A stretch of 64,000 nt of DNA from an uncultured Erysipelotrichaceae bacterium (lineage in GTDB: Bacteria; Bacillota_I; Bacilli_A; RF39; UBA660), in the NCBI GenBank assembly GCA_902789225.1, contig CADANC010000003.1:58731-122730 (forward strand). Direction: 5' to 3'. Positions 39,351 to 49,787 of the stretch are shown here, piece by piece; the stretch's first letter is position 1; the number at the start of each line of letters is the position of its first letter. The translations under genes and the position numbers were made by a program. The notes beneath the pieces are model-generated. The model was not told where the DNA came from. It worked only from the letters and a program-made list of their open reading frames with translations, and ran no database searches.

Positions 39351-40523
39351 TTAAACAATAACATATGGATTATCTATTGTTCCATCACCCATTTGAACTA
39401 AAGTATTAACTTTAAGTTCAATAACAGGTCGAACCCCAAACTCTTGATCTAAAGTATAAGTATTATTTAAAGGTTTACTACCATTTATAGCATACATTTT
39501 ACTAGATCCATTAAAACCATTACTACCAAGTAGCCAATAATTACCACCATTATATAAGTAATAAGTTGAATTACCTCTACTTGATTTAATAGAACCATTA
39601 CCCGCTAAAATAGCTTCTTCTACACTTAATAATCCAATAGGATAAGAAAGTTTACCATTACTCATATTAATACTATATTCCTTATCACAACTAATACTAG
39701 GCATACCTTTATATATTCTATAACTAGTACAATAATACTTGTCTTTACCATCTAATATTCTTTGAATATAGTTAGGAATAATATAATCCATATAACTTGA
39801 ATCTACCTTTTCTTTTGTTTTTTCTTCTAAATATTTATTTTCATCTATTAGAGACTTTTCATCTTTAGAAGCCATACTTTCTAAATAACCATACCAATTC
39901 ATAACACTAGTATCATTACAAAAATTAATATCTTGATTTAAATAATCTTTATAAATATCTAAATTTTCAATATACCATTTATCAATAAAACTTTTAATTA
40001 AAGAATCACTATAACTAATATATTTTTCTCCTCTATAACTCTTATTATAAGGACTATTACCAATAGTAGTATCTAAAACATTACATGTATTATCACTAGA
40101 TAATCCAGAATAAATTAATCTAATAGAACCAGTATCAGTAGTTCTAACAATTCTAAAACAATGACTACCTAATTTAACATAATTAGTATTAACTACACCT
40201 CTATAATAATAAATAGGATAACTATCATTAATAGTACTATCAATCACATATAATCCTGAAGTAGTAACATCTTCACTAGATTTAGTATAATTAATTCCTT
40301 TATCACTAATAGGATTACTATCTCTAATTATTTGATTTAAACCGCTAATTTCAACAGTACCACTATTATGAGATAAATCTTTTATTTCACATCCACTATT
40401 AGTATAGATTTTACCACTTAATAATAAATATTTAACTAAAAAGAAAATTCCAACTAATATACCTATAATAAATATAAAAGTAAAAAGATTACTAAAAAAC
40501 CCACCTTTTTTTTCTTTTTCCAT
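39351..40523 (-). CDS. large membrane-anchored exported protein at the end of the pilin cluster (possible large minor pilin / tip-associated protein)
   Basis: The N-terminus is KKGGFFSNLFTFIFIIGILVGIFFLV, a prepilin-like hydrophobic segment that lacks Glu at +5. The exported domain of about 350 aa is Ser/Asn/Tyr-rich and contains Cys pairs. Confidence 0.4.
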   Translation of the reverse strand: MEKEKKGGFFSNLFTFIFIIGILVGIFFLVKYLLLSGKIYTNSGCEIKDLSHNSGTVEISGLNQIIRDSNPISDKGINYTKSSEDVTTSGLYVIDSTINDSYPIYYYRGVVNTNYVKLGSHCFRIVRTTDTGSIRLIYSGLSSDNTCNVLDTTIGNSPYNKSYRGEKYISYSDSLIKSFIDKWYIENLDIYKDYLNQDINFCNDTSVMNWYGYLESMASKDEKSLIDENKYLEEKTKEKVDSSYMDYIIPNYIQRILDGKDKYYCTSYRIYKGMPSISCDKEYSINMSNGKLSYPIGLLSVEEAILAGNGSIKSSRGNSTYYLYNGGNYWLLGSNGFNGSSKMYAINGSKPLNNTYTLDQEFGVRPVIELKVNTLVQMGDGTIDNPYVIV

Positions 40524-40583
40524 ATATAATCACCCTACACTAAGATTATAACATAAAAAAAAGAATATAAATAAATTATATTC

Positions 40584-41048
40584 TTAACCTTCTTTACAAT
40601 AATAATTTGCATTACTATAATCAAAATTAAACTTGTCAGAAGTTACATCACTTTTACTTACTTTACTATAATCGTTATCACCTGAATTAAGTGTATAAGT
40701 TCCATCAGTCAAATAAACACTATAGGTTTCGTCAGCAACATTAATTCTAACATATCCTTCGTATTTATCACTTTTATCAAATAACACTTTAGATTCATCT
40801 TTACCAATCAAAATATAAAAGTTTTGTGCTGGTATTGTAACAACTGATTTGAAATTTGTACCATCATTAGAACAAATCAATCCATCATTTTGATATAAAG
40901 TTTTAACTTGTTTACCATAACTATTAGCTGCACTTACTAAATTTTTCTTATATGTAGTTCCACCCATACTTCTAGTATAGAATAGAACAAGTCCAAAAGC
41001 TGCTGCAATAATAATTATAAATATAATTATAATTAAACTCTTCTTCAT
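40584..41048 (-). CDS. small membrane-anchored exported protein in the pilin cluster
   Basis: An N-terminal TM segment (LIIIIFIIIIAAAFGLVLF) is followed by a 120-aa exported domain. There is no canonical GFxxxE cleavage motif. Confidence 0.4.
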   Translation of the reverse strand: MKKSLIIIIFIIIIAAAFGLVLFYTRSMGGTTYKKNLVSAANSYGKQVKTLYQNDGLICSNDGTNFKSVVTIPAQNFYILIGKDESKVLFDKSDKYEGYVRINVADETYSVYLTDGTYTLNSGDNDYSKVSKSDVTSDKFNFDYSNANYYCKEG

Positions 41049-41052
41049 ATTA

Positions 41053-41640
41053 TTACCCCGTTACAACACATGGAGTACCAGTACCAGTTCCAGGAGTAGC
41101 TCCTGTAACAGCTACATCAGCTCTAGTTAATTGATCAGCAGGAACTCCACTACTAGGGTTAGCTTTATCAGCAACAATTCCATGTCCACCAGTATCAACC
41201 ATAGAAACATAATAAGTTAGTTTAATACTATCAGCTCCACCTGAGGCACCTGCAGTAACCTTTTCAACATGAACTTGAACAAAGCCTTCAACATCAGCTG
41301 TACCCCAAGAAGACTTACCACCATCTCCGATTAAAGCAGAAGCATTACTATAAGCTTCGCTAGAATCTGCTGAAGTCTTAAATGCCACATAGTAATTAGC
41401 GTTATCAGAAGGTAAAGCACTAGCAACTTTTCTGTCAGTACCAGTACCACATGATATTTCATCGGCAGCCCATCCATTTCTAACAGCTTGAACATAAGTC
41501 TGTGCAGTAGTAATAAAAGTATTTTTTCTAGCATTTTCAATTGTTCTAGAAACAGCAGGTATAGCAACTAACATCAATATACCTAAAATAGTAATAACAG
41601 CAAGTAACTCAATTAATGTAAATCCTTTTTTATCAATCAT
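41053..41640 (-). CDS. type IV pilin-like protein with a Gly/Ala/Thr/Pro-rich C-terminal region
   Basis: The start was placed at MIDKKGFTLIELLAVITILGILMLVAIPAV (ATG at 41640, RBS aggaga). The class III signal is G|FTLIE. Two Cys residues (EISCGTG and TPCVVTG) could form a domain-spanning disulfide. The C-terminus ends ...TGATPGTGTGTPCVVTG. Confidence 0.7.
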   Translation of the reverse strand: MIDKKGFTLIELLAVITILGILMLVAIPAVSRTIENARKNTFITTAQTYVQAVRNGWAADEISCGTGTDRKVASALPSDNANYYVAFKTSADSSEAYSNASALIGDGGKSSWGTADVEGFVQVHVEKVTAGASGGADSIKLTYYVSMVDTGGHGIVADKANPSSGVPADQLTRADVAVTGATPGTGTGTPCVVTG

Positions 41641-41716
41641 ATTTATTCTCCTATCTTTACAATAAAAATATATCACAATATTATTTTTTAAACAATACGT
41701 TTACACATTTTATAAA

Positions 41717-42349
41717 CTATTTGTCATTAGCATCATATAATACAGCATGTGTATTTTGAAGACTATTATAATTTGAAGGATAAGTAGCTGATATATAAAA
41801 TGCAGGATACAAACCAGAGAACTCTGTTAAAGGCCAAGTTATAGCATCACCCCTATTTTTAATAAAATCTTTTGTTTTTTTACCATCAACTTCAAATTCA
41901 TTAACATCTATTAGCTTAACTCCACGATCCGCACCAGATGCAGCACAAGTACAATTAGACTCACTACAACCAGAATTTACATTTTTGCATTCAATTAATT
42001 GTACATAATATTTATATGTTCCACCTCCATTGCAAACCAAAACATATGATAAGTGCGAATAATATGCACCACCTTGTGGAGGATCATTAAAATCGCCATT
42101 ATCTAGAAATGATAAATCCATCAAAGTACATCGTCCATTCGTAGGTTTACTTACACTATCATCAGTAGTACCTCGTACTTTATATGAAGCAACCGTTGCT
42201 AGCTTTTTGGCATCCTCAACATAAATAGTATTTTTTTGATTATTTAAAATACTCATAATATTAGGAGCAGCAACTGCCATAAGCAATCCTAATATTACTA
42301 ATGCAGCAAGTAATTCAATTAAAGTAAATCCTTTTCTATTTATTTTCAT
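41717..42349 (-). CDS. type IV pilin-like protein (Cys-rich)
   Basis: The N-terminus is MKINRKGFTLIELLAALVILGLLMAVAAPNI, a class III signal with Glu at +5. The 210-aa protein has about 10 Cys residues in its exported domain. Confidence 0.7.
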   Translation of the reverse strand: MKINRKGFTLIELLAALVILGLLMAVAAPNIMSILNNQKNTIYVEDAKKLATVASYKVRGTTDDSVSKPTNGRCTLMDLSFLDNGDFNDPPQGGAYYSHLSYVLVCNGGGTYKYYVQLIECKNVNSGCSESNCTCAASGADRGVKLIDVNEFEVDGKKTKDFIKNRGDAITWPLTEFSGLYPAFYISATYPSNYNSLQNTHAVLYDANDK

Positions 42350-42392
42350 ATCATCACCATCTTAATTATATCACAAACAAAAAAAAAGAAAG

Positions 42393-43043
42393 TTATTTTA
42401 ATTCACTTTCTATCATTTTTATTTTTTTCTTGATAAGAAACTGTCTACTCCAATCACTTTTAGGTAGAAGTTTTTGAATAATTTGATTACTTTTTAATTC
42501 TCTTTCATAATATTCATAAAATAACTTATCTTTATTTTGTAATAATATAGGTCCAAAATAATATTCTTTTTTCTTATATCTTTTCTTACCTTTTTTAAAT
42601 ACTAAAATATTATAAATATATTTATCTTTAACTAATACTTCATTTTCTATATAATATCCTATCCTAACTAAGTATTTTCTAACAGCTTCAATATAATTAT
42701 TAGGACTTAAAATAAAAGTATCAATATCTTTAATCTTAGAAATATTATTTCTAATTATACCTATAATATTTATACCACCCATTCCACATATAATAACTCC
42801 ATCTTCACCATTATATGCATCAAGGCCATCTCCTAATCTAAGTTCACCATCAACTTTATTAGATTTAAAATTCTTTCTAGCATTATCTAGTGGTCCTTGT
42901 TTATTGTCTGATCCAACTATTTTAATATTTTTTTTTAATAGATAAACTTCTAATAGTCCATGATCACAACCTATATCTAAATAAGAAAGATCACTTGTAG
43001 TTAATTCACTTATTGCTTTTAACCTATTATTTAACTTTATCAT
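42393..43043 (-). CDS. trmK: tRNA (adenine22-N1)-methyltransferase TrmK (YqfN-like)
   Basis: [17 protein letters not shown] matches the TrmK SAM-binding motif. The gene sits immediately downstream of sigA as in Bacillus (dnaG-sigA-yqfN). Confidence 0.7.
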   Translation of the reverse strand: MIKLNNRLKAISELTTSDLSYLDIGCDHGLLEVYLLKKNIKIVGSDNKQGPLDNARKNFKSNKVDGELRLGDGLDAYNGEDGVIICGMGGINIIGIIRNNISKIKDIDTFILSPNNYIEAVRKYLVRIGYYIENEVLVKDKYIYNILVFKKGKKRYKKKEYYFGPILLQNKDKLFYEYYERELKSNQIIQKLLPKSDWSRQFLIKKKIKMIESELK

Positions 43044-44137
43044 TCAGTTAAGAAATCCTTTAATTTTCTAGATCTAGAAGGATGTTTTAATTTACGTAAA
43101 GCTTTAGCTTCAATTTGACGAATTCTCTCACGTGTAACTCCAAAGATTTGTCCAACTTCTTCTAAAGTTCTACATTGACCATCATCTAATCCAAATCTTA
43201 ATCTTAATACTTTTTCTTCTCTTTCAGTTAGAGTTGCTAAAACATTATTTAATTCTTCTTTTAACATCTCAACTGTAGCATATTCTTCAGGTCCCATTGT
43301 ATGACCATCAGGAATAAAATCACCTAAATGAGAATCTTCTTCTTCTCCAATAGGAGTTTCTAAAGATACAGGATCTTGAGATATCTTATATACTTCTCTA
43401 ACTTTATCTACTGTAATATCTAATCTTTCAGCAATTTCTTCATCTGTTGGTTCTCTATTTAATTCTTGAGTAAGTTGTCTTTGTACTCTAGCTAATTTAT
43501 TAATAGTCTCAACCATGTGTACAGGAACTCTAATAGTTCTAGCTTGATCAGCTATAGCTCTAGTAATAGCTTGTCTAATCCACCAAGTTGCATAAGTAGA
43601 AAACTTATAACCTTTACTAGGATCAAACTTATCTACTGCTTTCATTAATCCAATATTTCCTTCTTGAATTAAATCTAAGAATAACATTCCACGTCCAACA
43701 TATCTTTTAGCAATACTAACAACAAGTCTTAAATTTGATTCAGCAAGAACTCTCTTAGCTTCTGGATCTCCTTCTTCAACTCTTTTAGCATATTCAAATT
43801 CTTCAGCACTAGTAAGTAAGTTAATTCTACCTATTTCTTTTAAATACATTCTAACAGGATCATTAATCTTTACATCTTTACTAAGTGTTAAATCTTCTAC
43901 ATTAGTAGTATCAGTAATTTCTTCTCCAGTAGCATCATCTTCAGTTTCACCTTCACTTGAAACTACATTTACACCTGCATCAACTAAATTATTATATAAT
44001 TCATCTAATGCATCACTATCCATATCAAGGCCTTTTAATTCATCAGCTAATTGTTCATAAGTGATATAACCTTGTTTTAGACCTAAATCAATTAATTTCT
44101 TTTCTCTTTCTTCAAGAGTCTTAATTTCCCCTATCAT
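43040..44137 (-). CDS. sigA: RNA polymerase primary sigma factor (sigma-70 / SigA)
   Basis: Regions 1.2 through 4.2 are present. The -10 recognition helix is [23 protein letters not shown]. The region 4.2 HTH is [29 protein letters not shown]. Confidence 0.9.
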   Translation of the reverse strand: MIGEIKTLEEREKKLIDLGLKQGYITYEQLADELKGLDMDSDALDELYNNLVDAGVNVVSSEGETEDDATGEEITDTTNVEDLTLSKDVKINDPVRMYLKEIGRINLLTSAEEFEYAKRVEEGDPEAKRVLAESNLRLVVSIAKRYVGRGMLFLDLIQEGNIGLMKAVDKFDPSKGYKFSTYATWWIRQAITRAIADQARTIRVPVHMVETINKLARVQRQLTQELNREPTDEEIAERLDITVDKVREVYKISQDPVSLETPIGEEEDSHLGDFIPDGHTMGPEEYATVEMLKEELNNVLATLTEREEKVLRLRFGLDDGQCRTLEEVGQIFGVTRERIRQIEAKALRKLKHPSRSRKLKDFLTE

Positions 44138-44139
44138 AG

Positions 44140-45876
44140 TTACTCTCCCATCCTAAGCTTAGTAATTCTATCAGCAATTTTAGCTTGTTCAACTGGATCA
44201 TATTCTTTCTTTATTAAAGATGTTAATCTCTCTATTTCTTTCCTAAGACTATAATTCTTCACTACATTAAAATAGTCCATTAATTCATCTTTGTCAACCT
44301 TATCCACATAATTATCATCTAAAATTTCATTTAGAATACTAAGAACATCTTCACTATTAGATGCATAAGTATAAAAATCTGCAATATTAATACTTCCATA
44401 TTTATGATAATAATAAATAATTTCAGCATTTAAGAGTCTATATTTATCAGTAGGATAATTCAAATGAGCTTTTTCAACTTCATTAATAACCCAATCGTTA
44501 TTTAACATAAAATATAAAATTTGCTCTATAGCCTTCTGATATTTATCTTTTCTCTTCTTTTTCTTAATATCTTTAGGAATATTAATATTAACAACATTTT
44601 CATTTTTACTAAATCTCTCTAGTTGCTTTTCCAACGTATTATAACTCAAATCATATTCTTTTGCAAGACTTCTAAGTTCAATTTCTTTCCTAACAGGATC
44701 ATTTATTTTAGCAATCTCTTTTAATACATTATTTATATAATTAGATTTTTCTTCAACACTATTAAAATTAACATTTTCTTTTAACTTATCTATTTTATAA
44801 TCACTAAAATTAACAGCATTTTCAAGTAAAGATAAAAACTTATCTTTACCATTATTCATTATAAATGTATCAGGATCATCTGGATTAGGAAGAGGAAGTA
44901 CTTTTACTTCAACTCCTTCTTTTAAGAATAATTCACCATTCTTTAAAGTAGCGTTAACTCCAGGATCATCACCATCTAAACATAAAATAATATTATTACT
45001 TAATCTTTTAATTAAACTAATTTGTTCTTTAGTTAAAGCAGTACCCATCAAAGCAACAGTATTTCTAACACCAATAGTACTCGCTCTAATAACATCCATA
45101 AATCCTTCCATTACTATAATGGAATGAGCGACTCTAGCTTCTTCTCTAGCTTCTTCATAGTGATATAACATTTCACTTTTCTTAAATATAGGACTTTCTT
45201 TAGTATTTACATATTTAGAAGTATCAACATCTTTATAAATTCTTCCACTAAAGCCAACATAATGTCCATAAATATCTTTTAAAGGAAACATAATCCTATC
45301 TATATACATATCGTGTTCACTAGAAGACAATCCAATATCATTTAAAGTAGAAATACTATATTTCTTACCTACAAGTAATTTAGTTAAATCATCTCGACTA
45401 GGTAAAGATAATCCTATTTCAAATTCTTTAATTACATCTTCACCTAATTTTCTATTTTTCAAATATTCTTTAGCAGCTTTACCCATAGTAGAATTCAAAT
45501 TATTTTGATAATACTTAGTAGCTAAATCATATGCTTCATATAAATTGTCATATTTAGTTGTTTTCTTTTCTACTTTAACAGAAGAAACATCTACTCCACA
45601 TTTATCTCCTAAATACTTTAAAGCACTCCGAAAATCAACATGATCATAATTCATAATGAAGTTAAATACATTTCCAGCTGCTCCACAAGAAAAACATTTA
45701 TAAATTTGTTTATCTCTAGATACACTCATAGATGGATTTGTATCGTCATGAAAAGGACAAACACCCCAAAAGTTTTTGCCCTTCTTAACTAAAGGTAATC
45801 TTTCCCCAATAATATCAACTATATCTATTTTATTTCTAATAGCATTAGCTAAATCATTATTCAAGAAAATCACCAC
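44140..45876 (-). CDS. dnaG: DNA primase
   Basis: The N-terminal zinc-binding motif is [13 protein letters not shown]...[18 protein letters not shown] core (EGFMDV...DGDDPG) and a C-terminal helicase-binding domain follow. Confidence 0.9.
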   Translation of the reverse strand: MVIFLNNDLANAIRNKIDIVDIIGERLPLVKKGKNFWGVCPFHDDTNPSMSVSRDKQIYKCFSCGAAGNVFNFIMNYDHVDFRSALKYLGDKCGVDVSSVKVEKKTTKYDNLYEAYDLATKYYQNNLNSTMGKAAKEYLKNRKLGEDVIKEFEIGLSLPSRDDLTKLLVGKKYSISTLNDIGLSSSEHDMYIDRIMFPLKDIYGHYVGFSGRIYKDVDTSKYVNTKESPIFKKSEMLYHYEEAREEARVAHSIIVMEGFMDVIRASTIGVRNTVALMGTALTKEQISLIKRLSNNIILCLDGDDPGVNATLKNGELFLKEGVEVKVLPLPNPDDPDTFIMNNGKDKFLSLLENAVNFSDYKIDKLKENVNFNSVEEKSNYINNVLKEIAKINDPVRKEIELRSLAKEYDLSYNTLEKQLERFSKNENVVNINIPKDIKKKKRKDKYQKAIEQILYFMLNNDWVINEVEKAHLNYPTDKYRLLNAEIIYYYHKYGSINIADFYTYASNSEDVLSILNEILDDNYVDKVDKDELMDYFNVVKNYSLRKEIERLTSLIKKEYDPVEQAKIADRITKLRMGE

Positions 45877-46334
45877 CTTCTCTTTACTTTAATTCTATGT
45901 AACCTGTCTTTATGAAATTCACCAAATTCTTTGTAATCTTCATTATATTTACTTCTATAAAAAATATTTTTTCTAGATAAATTATTAGATTGAATCCTAC
46001 CATTATAATGACTAATATTAAGAACATAACTATAAAAAGTAGTCTTTCCTAACCTATAAACATCTATATAGTTATCATCATCTAATACATTTAAACATCT
46101 ATTAAAATAAACATTATAAATACTATTAAGTTCTAATTCTTTATCATATATTGCTAATACATCTGAAACATCTCTTCCAAGAATAGATTTAACTTCACAT
46201 CTATTTCTATTCTCTTTTATACCAATTCTATGATCTCTCATATATTCTAATACAATACCAAAGTATCCAGAAACATAATCAGAATCAGTAACATCAGATA
46301 CATCAATTGTCTCTAAATATTTTTCATAATCCAT
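45870..46334 (-). CDS. hypothetical cytoplasmic protein translationally coupled to dnaG
   Basis: A 154-aa intact ORF that overlaps the dnaG start by 7 nt and begins 3 nt after the yqeH stop. I recognise no motif in it. Confidence 0.4.
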   Translation of the reverse strand: MDYEKYLETIDVSDVTDSDYVSGYFGIVLEYMRDHRIGIKENRNRCEVKSILGRDVSDVLAIYDKELELNSIYNVYFNRCLNVLDDDNYIDVYRLGKTTFYSYVLNISHYNGRIQSNNLSRKNIFYRSKYNEDYKEFGEFHKDRLHRIKVKRRW

Positions 46335-46337
46335 ATT

Positions 46338-47357
46338 CTAAATTAATGATTTTCTAAAGAAAATCTCCACTTCCTTATTAACATAAACATTAATTTTACC
46401 TTTACTAGATATCTTAACAAAACCAAGTCCACTAACAACTAAATCATTATCATATTTAACATCATAAGTACTTTTATTTAAATCAGTCAATTTAGTATTA
46501 TTTATATTTATTCTTTCTATTTTTAATTCATTAGATACAAAAACAGCAAAACTATTTCTAATACCTTCTAAATAATCAATTCTTACCAAGTCATTAATAA
46601 TGATACCTTGTCCAGCTCTAAGCTGGTAAATTCTAGGTTTAATCTCTTTCTTAGGACTAATCTTTTTAACTAATTCAATAGGAAGATTATTAATAATACT
46701 TCCAGAATCAATCAAACCAGGAGTATCAATTAAAGTTAAATAATCATTAACTACAATACTCAAAGTATTTAAAGTAGTACTAGGAAGAGGACTACTAGTT
46801 AAAGAATCAGCATTCTCACTATAGTTTCTAATAATATTATTAATTACACTACTCTTTCCAGCATTAGTTCTACCTACTACATAAACATTCTTACTAGTTT
46901 GATAATATTTAATTTTCTTTAATAAATAATCCATATTAAAATTATTAATTGTACTTACAGGAATAATCTCATCAAAGAAAATATTATAATTATTAAAATA
47001 TTCAACAAGTTTTTCTTCTTTAACACTCTTAGGTAAAACATCTCTTTTATTTAGAACTAATATCATCTTATTAGGAATAATATCTCTAATAACATCAAAA
47101 TCTTTCTCTAAATTAATTAGATCTGTAACATAAAGAACTAAATCATGAGTCTTACCTACAGCTTCTAACATCTTCATATATTCAACATTATTGTTAGTTA
47201 CAAGTTGATATTCCCCATAATTTTTTATTCTAAAACATCTTTGACAAAAATCATTTTCTAAATTTGTGGTGTATCCTGGCATTAATATATTCTCATCTTG
47301 TAAGAGGACACCGCACCCTAAACATTTTTTCTCATTCATAATATTTTCCTCTTTCAA
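46338..47357 (-). CDS. yqeH: ribosome biogenesis GTPase YqeH
   Basis: The N-terminal zinc finger is CLGCG...CQRCFRIKNYG. The GTPase domain is circularly permuted, with G4 (LNKRD) preceding G1 (GRTNAGKSS). Confidence 0.85.
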   Translation of the reverse strand: MKEENIMNEKKCLGCGVLLQDENILMPGYTTNLENDFCQRCFRIKNYGEYQLVTNNNVEYMKMLEAVGKTHDLVLYVTDLINLEKDFDVIRDIIPNKMILVLNKRDVLPKSVKEEKLVEYFNNYNIFFDEIIPVSTINNFNMDYLLKKIKYYQTSKNVYVVGRTNAGKSSVINNIIRNYSENADSLTSSPLPSTTLNTLSIVVNDYLTLIDTPGLIDSGSIINNLPIELVKKISPKKEIKPRIYQLRAGQGIIINDLVRIDYLEGIRNSFAVFVSNELKIERININNTKLTDLNKSTYDVKYDNDLVVSGLGFVKISSKGKINVYVNKEVEIFFRKSLI

Positions 47358-47847
47358 ATATTCCTTTTTTCATATATCTTTTAATAATAGCATTTTCTAT
47401 CTTTCTATTTAAGAAAGTAATCTTCATATCTTTTTCACCTAAAGGATCAACTAATATAGTTTTAATACGAAATCTATTACCAGCAAAAACATCAGTAACT
47501 ATTTGATCTCCTATTATAACCATTTCTTTTTTCTTTAGATTATAATTCCTTTTTACTCTTCTTAATCCAATTGTACTAGGTTTAAAACTCCAACTAACTC
47601 CACCAATACCTAAATCTTTTAAGTAAGGTTCTATTCTACTTCTAGTATTATTAGAACAAATAAGTACTAAAAAATCTTTTTTTAAGCTTTTTAGTAAATC
47701 CTTAGTTTTTTTAGGACACTTCTCATTACTAATCAAACCTAAAGTATTATCAAGATCATAAATTAAGCAAGTAACTCCTTCTTCTTTTAGTTTTTCATAG
47801 TCAATATGATAAATATCTTTGTAATATCTAGTTGGTCTAAACCTCAT
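47332..47847 (-). CDS. yqeG: HAD-superfamily phosphatase YqeG
   Basis: HAD motif I is CLIYDLDNTL. The gene is adjacent to and overlapping yqeH, as in the conserved yqeG-yqeH pair. Confidence 0.8.
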   Translation of the reverse strand: MRFRPTRYYKDIYHIDYEKLKEEGVTCLIYDLDNTLGLISNEKCPKKTKDLLKSLKKDFLVLICSNNTRSRIEPYLKDLGIGGVSWSFKPSTIGLRRVKRNYNLKKKEMVIIGDQIVTDVFAGNRFRIKTILVDPLGEKDMKITFLNRKIENAIIKRYMKKGIFERGKYYE

Positions 47848-47892
47848 AAAATCACCGCCATTATTATATAAAATAATATAGAATAAATCAAA

Positions 47893-49302
47893 TTAGTACT
47901 TAAATTTCTTAAATATAGTTTTTAATGTTTCAGCAGCAAATTTTCTATTCAAAACAACTGCATAAATAATTGATAATATTGCAACAACTATATTTATATA
48001 TAAATTATTATAGTAATATGCAACAAAAGCTATTATGAAAACACACACTAAAGAAAATATACTTCTTTTATTAAAAGTGATTTTCATATATTTTTTCAAA
48101 TCAAAGTATCTACTCATCATCATAGTAAAGTATGCTACTGCTGTAGATATTGCTGCTGCAAAAAGGCCTATTTTTTTAATAAAACATATATTTACAACTA
48201 TATTTATAATAGCTCCAATAATAGTAACATAAGCTACTTCTTTAGTCTTTTTAAGTCCAATATAGATTCCAGTATATAAAACAATAACTACATTAAATAC
48301 ATATGCTACTACAAGTATAGGAATGTACTTAAGAGCTTCATTGAACTTAGAATTAACAAATATTGGAAATACAAAAGGCATTAATGTAATAAGTAATAAT
48401 CCAACACATCCAAATAATTTAATCATTGAGTTAATAATTTCAGAGAAAAATTCTTCTCTATCTTTATCATTTATATGTAAAGCACTACTCTCACTCCAAC
48501 TTAAATTAAAAATACCAAGTAATGCATTCATTATAGTTGGAAATTTATTACTAATTGCATAAATACCATTAGCAGCTGTTCCTATTACCCAAGATACTAT
48601 TGTTCTATCAGATACATTAACTATCCACCAACTAATACTATTTGGGACTAGTGGAAGTGAATAACCTAACATCTTTTTAATTAACTTTGTATCTTTTAAT
48701 TTAATAGAAAAATATTTATATAATTTTAATCTAAAGAATATATAAACACAACATATAAAATTAGCAAAAGCCATAGAGAAGATCATACCAGTTTCTTTAT
48801 AGCCTAAACCACAAATTAAAATAATATTAGAAATAATTGTAACAAGACCAGTCACAATACAAGCAATACTATAATCTATAGTTTTTCCCATACCACGACA
48901 AACTTGTAATAAATCATCCCCTATAGTACAAACAACTACAGAAAAATATATTAATAATTTATAAGGAAAATCAACAAATAAACAAACAATACCATATATA
49001 ATACTAAATATTAATAAAGCGCCTAATATAATATAGAAGTTATTAGTAATATTAGATTTATTATCTTTATCTTTTCCCCTACTATCAACTAAAAATCTAA
49101 ATACACTCATTCCACTTTGAATAGATATTATAGGTACAAACAAAGTTACATAAGTCTGAATTAAATCTACAATACCATATTCTTTAGTACTTAAATAAGC
49201 TGTATATAAAGGTAATAAAAAGAACGATATTAACTGAGTTGAAGTTTTTCCTATAAATAAAATAATCGTATTCTTTATGAGTTCTTTTTTCTTTTTATCC
49301 AT
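47893..49302 (-). CDS. MOP-superfamily flippase (MurJ/Wzx-like, SpoVB/YtgP-type)
   Basis: A 469-aa polytopic protein with about 14 TM helices. It sits next to murE. Confidence 0.65.
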   Translation of the reverse strand: MDKKKKELIKNTIILFIGKTSTQLISFFLLPLYTAYLSTKEYGIVDLIQTYVTLFVPIISIQSGMSVFRFLVDSRGKDKDNKSNITNNFYIILGALLIFSIIYGIVCLFVDFPYKLLIYFSVVVCTIGDDLLQVCRGMGKTIDYSIACIVTGLVTIISNIILICGLGYKETGMIFSMAFANFICCVYIFFRLKLYKYFSIKLKDTKLIKKMLGYSLPLVPNSISWWIVNVSDRTIVSWVIGTAANGIYAISNKFPTIMNALLGIFNLSWSESSALHINDKDREEFFSEIINSMIKLFGCVGLLLITLMPFVFPIFVNSKFNEALKYIPILVVAYVFNVVIVLYTGIYIGLKKTKEVAYVTIIGAIINIVVNICFIKKIGLFAAAISTAVAYFTMMMSRYFDLKKYMKITFNKRSIFSLVCVFIIAFVAYYYNNLYINIVVAILSIIYAVVLNRKFAAETLKTIFKKFKY

Positions 49303-49787
49303 AAATGTCCTCCGAAATATAGAAATATTCCAAATAAATAACCTATACTGTCAATAATTACATCAAAAAAATTACCATCTCTACCAACAACAAAGTTTTG
49401 ATGTATTTCATCACTACAAGCATATAAAAAACATATTAAAATAGAAAATAATAAAATCTTTTTTAAAGTAATATTAAATTCAAAAAACAAACTACAAAGA
49501 GTAAATCCTAATATAAAATAAATAATCATATGAGCAGACTTCCTAACAACGGTAACATATTTATCAATTATCTTCTGCTCTTCTACACTACTTAGTTTTT
49601 TATTATTAAAAGTATAATAAATATTTAATATTATTGAATCACTTTTCTTTGTAGATTCTATTCCATTATCATTAGAAAATGAAAAAATATTAATCATACA
49701 TAAAAGTATAATAAATATTTTTACAGTTATTCTAACTATTTTGAAACTTTTCATCAATTGCTTTTCTTGCAACTTCTGCTTCATCAT
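49275..49787 (-). CDS. VanZ-family membrane protein
   Basis: The conserved VanZ core is RKSAHMIIYFILG...CSDEIHQNFVVGRDGNFFDVIIDSIGYLFG. There are four or five TM helices. Confidence 0.65.
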   Translation of the reverse strand: MMKQKLQEKQLMKSFKIVRITVKIFIILLCMINIFSFSNDNGIESTKKSDSIILNIYYTFNNKKLSSVEEQKIIDKYVTVVRKSAHMIIYFILGFTLCSLFFEFNITLKKILLFSILICFLYACSDEIHQNFVVGRDGNFFDVIIDSIGYLFGIFLYFGGHLWIKRKKNS

